A DNA stretch of 64,000 bases from positions 9,984,001-10,048,000 of the forward strand of contig NC_045697.1 of the NCBI RefSeq assembly GCF_009834535.1, read 5' to 3'. Positions 37,051 through 49,052 of this stretch are shown here, piece by piece. The translations under genes were made by a program, and so were the position numbers. The notes under the pieces were generated by a model. That model ran no database searches. It saw only the letters and a list, made by a program, of their open reading frames with translations, and was not told the DNA's origin. The number at the start of each line of letters is the position of its first letter. The first letter of the stretch is position 1. Origin of the DNA: Camelus ferus. Lineage: Eukaryota.

Positions 37051-37905
37051 TGCTGTTCTTTCTGATTATGTTGTTCTGTGCCAGAGTCCTTGCTGATGAC
37101 CAAGCCATCAGTTATACAATAGTATGGCCCCTACTCTCAAGGAACTGGCAGCTTCACAAGACAGACAGACTTGTGCACGTGGCTTACTTCAGTGTGTGAT
37201 CAGTCTGCCGGTCAGTTCTAGAGTTCTCACCATGTCCTGAACACTCTGCTGGAGGCTCAGAACACAAAGATGGGCACACCATGGTCCCTGACTACATGAG
37301 TCTGGGAGTCACGGGGAGGCCCAGGTGCAGTTTGGATGCTTTGATTTGAATGTGAAAGTGCCAGATGCGAACCATGTGTGTGACCAACCGTGAGCCAGTT
37401 CTTTAACCCCTACAACCTTCCATTTCCTTATCTGCAAAATGAAAAGGCCAATGGCACTGACCTTGAGCTTTGGGTGAGATGTTATGCGTGAAGCCCTGGC
37501 CCAAGACACAGCCCAAGGAGACTCAAGCAACTCCTGCTGGGTACTTAGAGCAAAGGGTGAGGAATGCCGTGATCGTGGTAGACCCCAGGTGTTACGGAGG
37601 AACAGAGGAGGCACAGAGGAGGCACACCCAACTCAGACAAGGATTGCTGGTGAGACTTTCTGGAGGAAAAGGTCCTTGAGGTCACTGACAAAGAACAAGC
37701 CAGCACTGACTAGTGTCAGAGAAAACTCCAAGTAGATAAATCATGAGATCCAGAAAATACTGTGTGGATAGACTCCTCAGCAGGGTTCTCCCACCGTGGG
37801 GGTACCTGCAGGATAAAACAGCTCTCTTTCTAGTTCAGGTCAAAGAAAGTTGAATCTTGAAATTTAAAACCTTGATCTTGTGTTCATTGCCCACAAGGGA
37901 CCAAT

Positions 37906-37924
37906 CTAGCGCCACCTGCAGAGC
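37906..37924 (-). promoter_or_regulatory. Candidate CTCF site (reverse orientation)
   Basis: Minus strand reads gctCTGCAGGTGGCGCTAG. Confidence 0.45.
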
Positions 37925-39359
37925 CAAATCCCCCTGATTGTTTGCAACTCTAGAACTTAGTGGGGAGGATGGAAGATTTGTCCCTGGGTGTCATCATCCC
38001 TTGCTACCTGCACTTGATGAGAAATCGGACATGGAATAGAGACAGCTTGGCAAAGCTAGTTTTGAGTGGATCAAAGTTGATCTAGACCATACCCCTCCAT
38101 GCCATTCCTCAGAAGAACAAAATTAGGACAGCTAGGACACAAAGTATGAGGCAGGTCAGCACATTCCCCCATCTAAAAAATTAGCAAAGTTGAAAATTCT
38201 GGCAACTTCTCCCTAGTCTGAGGAGAATCATAAGGACAGACTACAATTACATCCTGCAGACATCCACTGCGGAGGGGAAAGGCTGATGTCCAACATGCAT
38301 AGGATACCTTTGAAAATAGAAAGTCAGTTTCTGCAACAAATGACCCCAGGAAGCAATGTCACCCCCAGACTCTTAGCTCCTGCATCTTTAAACTAGAAGT
38401 CACGTCTGGGAAGGGTACTTAGAGAGACCAGTGGGGATGCAAGCCTGTGTCCTTCAGGGGATTACTTGACAAACTCAAGAAAACATGCAAAGGAAGATTT
38501 GAATCTGGCCAATGCAGGAATGCACTTCTGTTGCCCCTTTCTCAGCTTTAATTGGTCACCTGTTTAGGCAAAAAGATGTTGTGATTTGCATTCACACAAG
38601 AGTTTTGTTTCATTTGTTTGCTGGAGCACTAGCCTGTACCTCCTCTCACTGGTTCCTCAGTAAACGCAGCTGCAGTGTGTAAGGGAACCCAGGAAAACCC
38701 AAAGGTGGCATCTGCTTTCCTTGGAAATAGCTCTATTGGATGAAAAACATCAGTCCCCATCATATATGAATTTACAAAGAAAACTTGTGGATGTTTTCAC
38801 CCAAAGGTTTGTCTCTTTCATGGTGATTTTGTTAGCTTCTCCTGGTCTGTAAATGTTGTAATGACTCCAGACTCAGTCCTGGGCACACTTTTCTACTTTC
38901 TTTACCTTCTTTCCCCAGGTAAAATCATATATGGCCATGGCTTTAACTGATCTATGATTTTCTCTTTCATATTAGTCAGCAAGGGTTAGGATAGGCTGTA
39001 ATAACAAATAATCCCTAACCTCAGAGGCTTTAAACAACAAAGGCTTATTTATCTTGCACACAAAGTGCCTTTGGGGTCTGGATGACTCATACTGTTGGCT
39101 TTCTTCCATGTGATAGTTCAACTTTTTCCTCTCTGACCATTATTGCTAAGGTTGGAGAAAATTGGGTGGTTGAATCTCACACAGGCAATTAGTTGACTGA
39201 CCGGCAAGTGACATCACCTTCACTCACTTTTGGCCGCACGGTCCTACTTCATACCTGCTTTTCCATCACCACCCTGTGGCACTCACTCCTCTCTCACTCT
39301 GTCATACCAGATTGAAGATCTCCAAAAAGTGTTGCATCCCCCACGAGGACTTCCCAAAA

Positions 39360-39807
39360 TGTAGTTGACTGTTATAATTTTTCCCCAGTGAATCCCATCT
39401 CCCTGTTCTTGTGCCTAAAGCCCCCTCTCACATTGACTTTGAGCTTAGCCATGTGATTTGCTTTGGTCACAAGACAATAGAAAGTGTGATATAAGCAGAT
39501 ACGTGTTCATTGGGACTTTCTCTTCCTTGCTGCTCTTTGGAACCTTCAACCCAAACTAGCCTCCTAAAAGAAAAGAAACCACTGAAGCAGAGATGAAGCA
39601 TCCATTTGAGGACCTCTGAAACAAACATCCTGCCAGACACTAGACATATGAATGGAGCCATTATAGACCCTCCAGGATGCCAGTGAGCTTAGAGATCTGC
39701 CAAGCTAGCCCTGTGCAGAAAAGCAGCTGACCCAAAGAACTGTGAGAAATAATACATGTGTGTTATTTACGACTGGTTTGTTATGCAGCAAAAGCTAACA
39801 GACACAC
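39360..39807 (+). mobile_element. MaLR solo LTR (MLT1H-like)
   Basis: TG...gcttagccatgtgatttgctttgg...gtttgttatgcagcaaaagctaacagacaCA. Confidence 0.7.
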
Positions 39808-41469
39808 AAGAACTGTCTTGTTGAGAAGGTTCTTTCTCTTAGTTCTTTACCACACTGGTTCCCTTCTTATCTTTCAGAACTTGAGTAAAATGGGAACACT
39901 TTTGGATCCTAATCATAATGATAGCTTTACACAAAATCATCAGCAATTGTTCTGAGATATATAGCTTCTGGTTGGCTGGAGCTATTACACGGCTTTTGCT
40001 AAATCCCTTTTATTAATCTAGGTGACAATATTTATTGTACCCACTGCACTGTTCACCTCCATCCCTTTTATGTAGTAAAACCACTGTTATTCCTCCATTT
40101 TTACTTTAAAGTTTCTCATTTTGTTTCCCTGCCTGCCATGTCAACAAATCTTTCTAAGATGCTCGATTTAGTTTAATAAATGTTTCTGGTTATCTATTCC
40201 ACAATAGACTAAGCACTGAGCACTTACAGATACAGCACTGAGCACTTACAGTTACAGTTCCTAACTTCCTAGCCATGGAGCAAACAACAAGTGAATAAAT
40301 GGAGTGCAGAAAGCAGGATGCTTGTGACAACAGAAATAAGAGCAGGGCAGAGCTAGCACAGAGATGGGAGAAACGAGTGAGGGACAAGGATGTGGGGAAA
40401 CGCTGCACCTACTGACTAGGGCTTCTTGGAGGTTGTTCTTCAAGCTGTGCTTTAAAGGATGAGAGACGGACAAAACAGGAAAAGAGCATTCCAGGCTGAG
40501 AAGAAGACCATGAGTAATTCAAATTGATAACACAGGGGGCAGGTAACAAGGGTAGGGGAGACTGTAGGCAATCGTGTGTTACCGGAAAGTAAATTGGAGT
40601 GGGCAGACCAAGCAGGCGGGGGCAGACGACTGCAGGCAGCTCATGCCATTTCAAGGGATCTGGATGCTTCCAATGTCCTCTTGCACCTCCCTTTATCACA
40701 TGGATTACAGGGCCTGGAAATGGTGAGTTATCTGCAGCTTGGCCACCTCTGCTCAATCTCCACCACCTTGACAGAGAGGTTTTCCATCTGCCTTTAAGAT
40801 AACAACGTCCAGCTTGTTGACTCTGTTCTCTCTTTCTCCTCTACCCCAACGCCTCCCTCTCTCCAAGCCTCCACCAGCGTATCCCCCCACACCAGGCACG
40901 CTGTTTCTCTTGCCATTATTGGTTTCATCACTAATGATCCCCTTCCTCCTCTCCTCATGTGTCAACTCATAGCACAAATGGAACAACTCGTAGATGAGAG
41001 CAGACATTCCAGACAGAGGCCTAGGTGTGATCAAAGATGAGTACAAGCTGACTTAAGGGCAGGATGGAGGCTGGAGTGAGAGGTGATGCCAACAGTGATT
41101 TTATTGGTTGAGCTAGAGTCAAAGATTCGTGTTTTGGGAGCAGTAAGTAGGAAAAGAAGGCCATAGTCAAATGTGGTGGACCTTGAATAATAGGCTAAGA
41201 AGTTTATATGTCTAGTATGAAGGAACCAAGAGCTTCTGAAGACATTTCACTGGATGATGCTGTGTTATGCTGGGTAGAAGGGAGAGGGGTCAGCCACCGT
41301 ACTGGTATAAGTTGCATGATACTGGAATAAAGAAAACTGTCACCAGAGCAAGCATGAGATGAAGGGACCCAGAAAGGATGGAAGAGCAATCATACCGTGT
41401 GAGGAAGTGTCATCATGCTCTGATTACGTGACAACAATCATGTGTGGTATGTCCTGTAACGTGATAAGC

Positions 41470-41635
41470 CTTTCACCTAAGTTTGCTCATTTAACCTCAT
41501 TAATCCCTCACAATAGCCACGTGGCTTAGACTCTGTTACCTCTGTTTCCCAATCAAGGACTGAGGCCCTGGAAGACTCGATGACTTGAGCAAGCTCACAC
41601 GGCTGGTGAGAGATGGAATGAAGCTTCAAGTTCAC
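41470..41635 (-). mobile_element. MIR SINE relic
   Basis: ctcatttaacctc..ggactgaggcc..tgacttgagcaagctcacacggctggtgag. Confidence 0.6.
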
Positions 41636-42366
41636 AGTCATGTTATGACATTTGGAATACTAATCAGAGAACCCCTCCAGGCCCCGTGACAGGAGGCCCT
41701 GGCCCTCACGGGCCCCACACAGCCCTAATTTAGACAAGCTTTTCCTCTTCTATCTGTTCAAGTAGAAATATGTGCTTGGTTCGCCTCCCACCTGCAATTT
41801 CACGTCAAAATGAATTTTCTTTCCACATTCTCTTCTTTTGAGTTCCATCCTCTATCTCTGTCATTAGTTTTCAAATTGAAAGTGACCACACAGAGGCCCC
41901 TTTGCCAGCACCTCCTCTCTCCTTTTGCACTTGAGTTATTATGATTTACTGGTTGCAGCCTCCTGCTGATGGTGAGAGGAGGGGTCACCTGTCGTCTTGA
42001 AGGAGTCCATTAAAGGCCAGTTCCTGAGCTAAATGCAGTTATGTTCCTTCCACGATGCTTTCTCTCCTTCACACCTGCAACCACTTTCTCATCCTGTCTG
42101 ATGCTGTTTATCCCTCAGGCATCCTCTGTCCTGCCTCCATCCATCTTGAGCCGGTCCAGGCACTCTCCCTGTAGCATGACTTCCCCACCTCACCCTGGAC
42201 ATCTCTCTTAGTTTGCTCTTGTGCCCCAATTTCTCACTTTCTAGCCATGAATGTCCAAACTCTCCACTTCTTTCAAGTCCAGCTGCCTACTCTCACACCT
42301 GGATCTTCACTATTTCCCCCAAGTTGTCCCTTGTGACTTATTTATACTTCATGTGTTGTCATTTAA

Positions 42367-42722
42367 TGAGGTTGACTGAATAATGGTCCCTCAAAGATGT
42401 CCACAACTTAACCCCCCACTACCTGTGAACATGTTACCTTACGTGGTAAAAGGGGCTCTGCAGATGTGAATAAATCGATGGCTCTGAGATGGGAAGATTA
42501 TCCTGGTTTTTCGGAGTAGCCCCAATGTAATCACAAGGGTCCTTACAAAGGGAAGAGAGAGGCAGGAAAGGAAGGGAGCGATGCAATGGGGTGATGTGAT
42601 GAATGAGAGGGACAAAAGCTGCCGCTGCTGGAGAACGGGGGTCATAAGCTGAGGACAGCTTCTAGAAGGAAGAAAAGACAAGGAAATGGATTCTCCTCTA
42701 GATCCTCGAGAATGGAATGCAG
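42367..42722 (+). mobile_element. MaLR LTR, 5' part (MLT1D-like)
   Basis: gaataatggtccctcaaagatgtccac..tgtgaacatgttaccttacgtgg..gagatgggaagattatcctgg..aatgtaatcacaagggtcctt..ggattctcctctaga. Confidence 0.8.
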
Positions 42723-43109
42723 AGATGAAGAAACTGAGGCCAAAAATTGTGTGGGCAATGATGGATGAGGTTAGATCTCCCTAGCACCAGAGCCTGAGCT
42801 CTTTCGTGAAGCCTTCCTTCCCTGGTAGGCTTGCCAGAAAATAAATAAGTCTATGGTCTCAATGAAGTAGAAGGTCTTAGGTCTTCAGAAGACCCTTCAC
42901 TGAGGGTAGATGCCTCTCCTTATTGTACTTGTCATTCTACCATCTATAATTTTTTGCATATCTGCAGCCTCAGAATTTAGCACAGTAATCAGCAGTAAAT
43001 GTTGACTGAATAAGTGAATGATGATAACAGCCAGTGGTTATTGCAAGTTCACTATTTGTCAGGCATTGTTCACTGAATCTTTCCTGGCCTCAGTCTCCTG
43101 CTTTACAAA

Positions 43110-43230
43110 GTGGATGGAGGGAGAGTTAGGTAGATGGGATGACTGGATGGATGGATGGATGGATGGACAGTTAGGTAGATTCGATGGATGGCTGGATGAA
43201 GAGAAATTTGGATGGATGTTTGGATGCTTG
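43110..43230. repeat. Degenerate (GGAT)n
   Basis: Repeated ggat/tgga units. Confidence 0.8.
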
Positions 43231-44189
43231 ATAGGGGATCATGTGTCTTAATATCTAGAAGATTTTTTACCAAAATACTGAATCTGATTGTAGCTCCTCT
43301 CCTTTGTGTGACTGCAAGCACGATGAGCAGAGTGCAGAGCTGGGGGTGCTCTCTGGAGAGTCTTGATCCAACCATTCTGGGAGTTAAGGAGTTAACTCCC
43401 CAGAAAATGCTTTAAAAATACAATTAGGAGGAAGTTTCATGGAGAAATAACAAACGAATTGCTGGACTCTGTCATACTATATGCAAGTCTCTTTTTTAGG
43501 GCTTCTTTAAGTTCAAATTTATAGCTTTAAAAAAAAGTTTATTGTTTAGCTAACTATTCCTCACAGTAGGGCCAAGCAAGTAGATTACAGGATAATATTT
43601 TATTCATCCCTTTATTTCTACTATAAAGCATAGAATCTGAAATACATTGCTTTTCAATAAATACCAAATAAATGAATGAGGGAAAGAACTTGATTACTAC
43701 CAGTGCACATTTGAATATAGAGAGTTTATAAACTTGTCATTCTTTCAACAAATGCTAGTTTTAAAAAGCCTGCTATCCCCAAGGCCCTGTCCTGCTCACA
43801 TGGAGGGATGTACATGATACTTTCGAAGACAGCATAACTTCGTATTGGCTGCTCATGGAGAAACTGAGGAATCAGGTCACTGATTAAAGAGTTCCATTAA
43901 CACAGCAAACATCTACTGACCACTGACAGCATGCCAGTGAGCAGTGGGGACTTTGCGAAGAGCCTGGAATTTCATGCCAGGGACCACGTATGGTCGCTGA
44001 AGGGCTCTGCATAGGGTGCTGAAATCGGAGCTGAGCTGCAGAAAGAAAGGGAAGAGAAAATGCAATTCTCCAATTGAAGAATAGCTGAACATTTCCTCCC
44101 ATAAATTCTGAGCCACATGTGTCTGTATTGTCTGTGTTGAGTTCTGCTTGATTCTCTAAATCTCAAAGACGAGAACTTTGCAGTATCAC

Positions 44190-44410
44190 TGCATGGTAAT
44201 GGAGAACATACTCTCTGAGGTCAAAAAGACCTGATTTCAAGTCCTGGCTGTGCTTCTTATTAAGAGAACTATCTTGTGCAAGTAAGAATCTCTGAAAAAT
44301 GGGAGAAATAATAGTACCTCTTACACAGCATTACAGTGAGAATTAAATGATGTAATAAATGTAAAGGACTAAGTTCTATGCACGGCACACAGTAACCACT
44401 TGGTGAACAC
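44190..44410 (+). mobile_element. MIR SINE
   Basis: gacctgatttcaagtcctggct..aaaatgggagaaataatagtacctc..gtgagaattaaatga..ggcacacagtaa. Confidence 0.7.
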
Positions 44411-45386
44411 CTGATAACTGGGGCACAGTAGACACTGGGTGGATGGGGCTAATCAGTCTTGGGGCACCTAACATGTGACAAGTACTCCATTCCTTGCTTA
44501 TACACATGTACTTAGTGAGCTCTGTAAGGCCTTTTCTAGGCGCCAGGCTCTACCAAGGACTGCAGTCACAACAGTGAAGAAGACAAACAGGAGCAGAAGT
44601 CCTTCCCTTCAGGGGCTCCTATCCTGGTGACACTTCTTAATCCTCATCATGTGCGTCAATGTCCTCCTCTGTGAGTTAGTAATACGAGCTGAACTTTCCT
44701 TCCAGGGTTGAAAAAGGAATTCGGTTATTAAATGTGAAGTGCTTCAAACAGCATGTGTCACAGCGTAGGGGCTATATAAGGACTTGCTGTCTAAACAATA
44801 GCTATTCTTATTCTTATTATTAGGATTGTCTGCTTTTTGTATCCCTGGCACCAGCTACAGAGCTAATTGTAAGGATTATTATCTGTCTTTTACAAAGAGG
44901 TTGCATAGTTTTATTAAAATAAACAATTTGTAAAGGCAGAGCCAGAACTTGAGCAAAATCTGTCTCCAACATTAATACTCTAACCCACTGCAAACATTCC
45001 CAGTTCCCTCTCCACCTGCCCTTGAGAAAGATTTATTTTATATGCACTGACTAGTATAAACAATTATATCACATACTTCCTTTCCCAGAGTCAATTAAGT
45101 TCTTAATAAATGGGTTGTCCTGATCTTTCAGTGATGAATGACAGAATTAGCAGCATCTTTGGAATTTTTACTCCCAAGCCGACTTCATTAGCCTTGTTTA
45201 TAGACCAGGCAGGGCAGACAATGTTAGATCCTGTAAAACAAGGAAAGAAGTTCTCGTAGGGTGGACCAGCTTGCTCTGATTACCCGTCTTGGACCACGGA
45301 AGTCTACACTGCAGCAATTTTGTCAAGTGTTTTAACACGAACCAGGGAGACAGCTTTGGAGTCTTAAAGTACAGAAAGGGATGGGG

Positions 45387-45419
45387 TTTTGTTTGTTTGT
45401 TTGTTTGTTTGTTTGTTTG
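45387..45419. repeat. (GTTT)n microsatellite
   Basis: About 8 TTTG units. Confidence 0.9.
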
Positions 45420-46175
45420 AAAAGTGACTTTTAAAAGTCTGAAATTTTGTTGTTCTTTCTTTCTTCCAGTAACGAATAGCATAGACCTTTTCTCTGAAGA
45501 CAATCTGAAATCCCCTTTAATCTACAGATTAACACCTCGTCAGAAGTTACGTTCTTTCTCCGATAAAAGGGACAAATAAGACAAAGATCAATATTTTGTG
45601 AGGTGATGTTTCTCAAAGAGCTTAGTTCAAAGGTAAAACTGAAAACTTTAGGGAGGAAATATCCCAAGTACATGAGAAAAAAGTTGAAGGACGAAGGAAA
45701 AAAATGGATTAATAGAATCTATGCCAAGGCAGGAAATCAACCTAGACATATTTTATTTAAGCCTTTGAGTTTCTGTTTGGGTTGAATTCCAATGGCTTTG
45801 AACTTTTTCAAAAACATCTAAAGAAATTTCTTCCAGGATGAGGATGCTTGGTGGGAACAGAGGAATTCAGTGAGATCCATTAATTATTTCCGCTCCTGAA
45901 GTCTTTGTTAAAGTGTCTAGATGCTTCTGGTAAAAGAGACTCTGCTGCTGCTTAGAATGTACCTGAGAAGCTTATTAAAACTAAAGGTTCCCAACCATAC
46001 CTTAACCCTGCTGAATGAGAAGCCCAGTGCAGGGGGAGGTCGTGTTCTCAACAAGCCCTTGAGTGACTCTGCAGCAGGTGAGGACATTCTATTTCATAAT
46101 CTTTCCCCATGGGTCTAGTGGCCCATTTTGTGGATGGGAAGTCTAAAACCAGAAAAGGGAAGTATCTCACCCTGA

Positions 46176-46615
46176 ATTTTTGTATTATGTTAAAACATGC
46201 ATAACATAAAACTGACCATTTAACCATGTGGTGAGTGTGCAGCTCAGTGGCATGAAATGCACTCACTTTGCTGTGCAACCATTTCCACCATCCATCTCCA
46301 GAACTTTTTCCTCCTCCCCAGCTGAAATTCAATACCCATTCAACAACAACCCCTGTTCCCCACTTCTCAGCCCTCAGTAACCACCCTACTTTCTGTCTCT
46401 GTGATTTTGACTATTCAACGGACCACATGTAAGTGTAACCATACAATATAGAACTTTTTGTGTCTGGCTTCTTTCATTTAGCATAATATCATCAAGATTC
46501 ATCCATGTTGTAGCATATATGCAAATTATATTCATTTTTAAGGCTGAATAGTATTCCATTTCATGCATGTATATATCACATTTTGTTTATCCAATCACCC
46601 ATCAGTGGACACTGA
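46176..46615 (-). mobile_element. Ancient L1 3' end (L1MB-like)
   Basis: ccatccatctccagaactttt..tgtgtctggcttctttcatttagcataat..aaggctgaatagtattccatt. Minus ORF 46386-46568 reads MEYYSALK..ATTWMNLDDIMLNERSQTQK. Confidence 0.85.
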
Positions 46616-46690
46616 ATTTGGATTTTTAACCATCTTGGACCAAGGACATGACATTTCACTTAGAAATCTCCATTCTTCCATCTCCTTCAT

Positions 46691-46874
46691 GGGGTTGCCA
46701 GATTTACCAAATAAAAATTTAGAATGCTTAGTTGAATTCCAGGTAAAAATGGATGTGTACAGTTTGAGTATAAGTATACCCTACACAATATTTGAGACAC
46801 ACTTATAATAAAAATTATTCACTTTTACCTGAAATTAAAATGTAACTGTGTCTTGTATTTTATCTGGCAATCCT
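46691..46874. mobile_element. MER53-like palindromic hAT MITE
   Basis: TIRs ggggttgccagat ... atctggcaatcct, with an internal inverted repeat tataagt..(caatatttg)..acttata. Confidence 0.8.
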
Positions 46875-48012
46875 ATGAGCCACATTCAGTAAAACTGTAA
46901 GTAAGGAGATTCCTGTCTACTTGGAACCTTGAGTTGCCAGAATTCTCATTTTTGAGACCTATCTTAATCAAGATAAATGTAAACAAGCAAAAGTGTTGTG
47001 TAAGCAAGCAACATGGTGCATGTCTTCTCTGCTTCCAACGGTGCACATTGCACCCTCTCCTCAAACCTGCAACCACCACCTCCATCTTCCCGATAAGGAA
47101 ACTGAGGATTGCCCATGGGGAGTCCCTAAACTCACACAGATGGTAAAAGTCAGAGGTTTAGCTCAAATCCAATACTCTCATTCTTCAGCCCAGTCTTTTA
47201 ATTTTATTTTTCACTTTGAGTATAGAAATATGATAGGCTATGGGGGACAAGCACCTTCATTCAATGCTGGAGGGGATGCAAGTCATACAGCCCCTAGAGA
47301 GAGAAACTGAGCAACACCCAACGAGAAAACCTCAGTGTAGAACGTTTGCCCACCAACCCAGCAATCCCCGTCTGGGAATTTACCCCAAACGTACACTGCC
47401 AACAGTGTGAAAATACATATGCACATGATTATTCATTGCTTTACTTATAATTAAAAATATTGGAAGCTTCTTAAATGTCCAAATATAGGTTATCAGTTGA
47501 ATAAACTATAAGACATAGACACAAGGGAGTGTTATGTATCTAAAAAAAAAAAACGAATGAAGAGCTCTAAGAATTAATATGGAGTGATTTCTGGAGATAA
47601 GGTTAAATGGTGAAGGCAACATGCAAAAAAATCTATCTTCTGTGTGAAAAAGAAGAGGAAGTAAGAAACATATGTCTGCTTATCTTTACAAAAAGAAACA
47701 CAGGCAAGATTGAGCAGAGAGCACTGAAGTTGGTGGGGGGAGGACTGGGTGGAGGAAACATGGGAGAGGGTGACATTTCTCAGTGTACATCTTCTGCATA
47801 AACTTGACTTTCTGAACCAAGTTCATTTTCTACATATTTTTAAAATAATCTTAAATTGACTAGGATGGCATGGATGAAAGAAAGCCTAAAACAGAAAACA
47901 ACCTAAAATAAATAAGCTTAAATGTTTTTTAAATGAACACAAAAACCATACTGATGGGGTGCGGGAGATGGATAATGAATTTGAGTAACTGTGATGCAGT
48001 ATGTCACTGTGT

Positions 48013-48331
48013 GAAGTAGAAAACAAATGTATGGTTACCAAAGGGGAAAGAGGAGAGGGGCGGATGAATTAGGAGTTTGGGATTAAAAGATACACACTAC
48101 TCTATATAAAACAGATAAACAACACAGCCCCACTGTATAGATAGGGAATTATATTCAATATATTATAATAACCTATAATGGAAAAGAATCTGAAAAAGAA
48201 TATATATATATATGAATTCATATATATATATATGAATCACTTTGCTATACACCTAAAACTAGTACTTGTAAATCAACTATACTTCGGTAAAAAGTAAATA
48301 AAAATTAAAATATTAAAGTACCTTTTTTAGA
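48013..48331 (+). mobile_element. 5'-truncated cetartiodactyl-type L1 3' UTR
   Basis: tatggttaccaaagggg..tatataaaacagataaacaac..taacctataatggaaaagaatctgaaaaagaat..tgtaaatcaactatacttc. Perfect 15-bp TSD agtatgtcactgtgt at 47998-48012 and 48332-48346. Confidence 0.92.
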
Positions 48332-48673
48332 AGTATGTCACTGTGTACTTTTAGTCTTGAACGGGGTTGAGAACTAGGGAGTGACCAAATTCCTCTTAGT
48401 AGTTTTATTTTGCTCAGTGATACAGGTGAAGCAATTTTAAAACTACTTTAGATGTATAATAGGATTGAGCAAATGACTAATGTACCATTGATGTTGTTGG
48501 GACCCAAGGTTCTCACTCAGGAAGAAGGGAAATGTAAACATGGAATGGGGAAAAGCAAGAACCACCACCTGGACTGGAGTTAGAGGTTTCAGTCAGTGCA
48601 CCCTCATGATTCCCAAAATGTATATGTATGTGTGTGTACATGTGACTTCACACATGTGTGTATACATGTGTGT

Positions 48674-49052
48674 CAGTGGCATGCTAGAGACAGCCAAACT
48701 GACTCATGAGATCTCATTGCTAAATTTCAGACATCCTGTGAGCCCATTGTTAACACAACTGTTATTAAAGTTAAATTATATAAACTTTAAATGAAAGAAA
48801 TTATATTTAAAATGAAGTTAATTAATATGCCACATTCATAGCACCTTCAGTATTTTACTATTACTTATGCTCTTGGTGTTAACTTCCATTTATTGTACCT
48901 GTTCCCAACTCCACATTCAGTGACCATGTGATATTGGTAGCTTAAAATTGGCTGTAGTGGGAATATTTACACCATTGAAATCAGTAATTAACACAAAGCA
49001 AAGTCCTGTTTGTTTTTGCATCTGGCTGTTAAACATGTTCCAGGATGCACTG
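48674..49052. mobile_element. MER63-like hAT-Blackjack MITE
   Basis: Ends cagtggcatgctag ... ccaggatgcactg. Internal ttaaattatataaact, ttcccaactccacattcagtgac and gtgggaatatttacacca. Confidence 0.75.

Noticed and set aside
45470..45632. Plus-strand exon candidate after ttctttctttcttccag
   Set aside because: All frames hit stops, and there is no partner exon or recognisable product.
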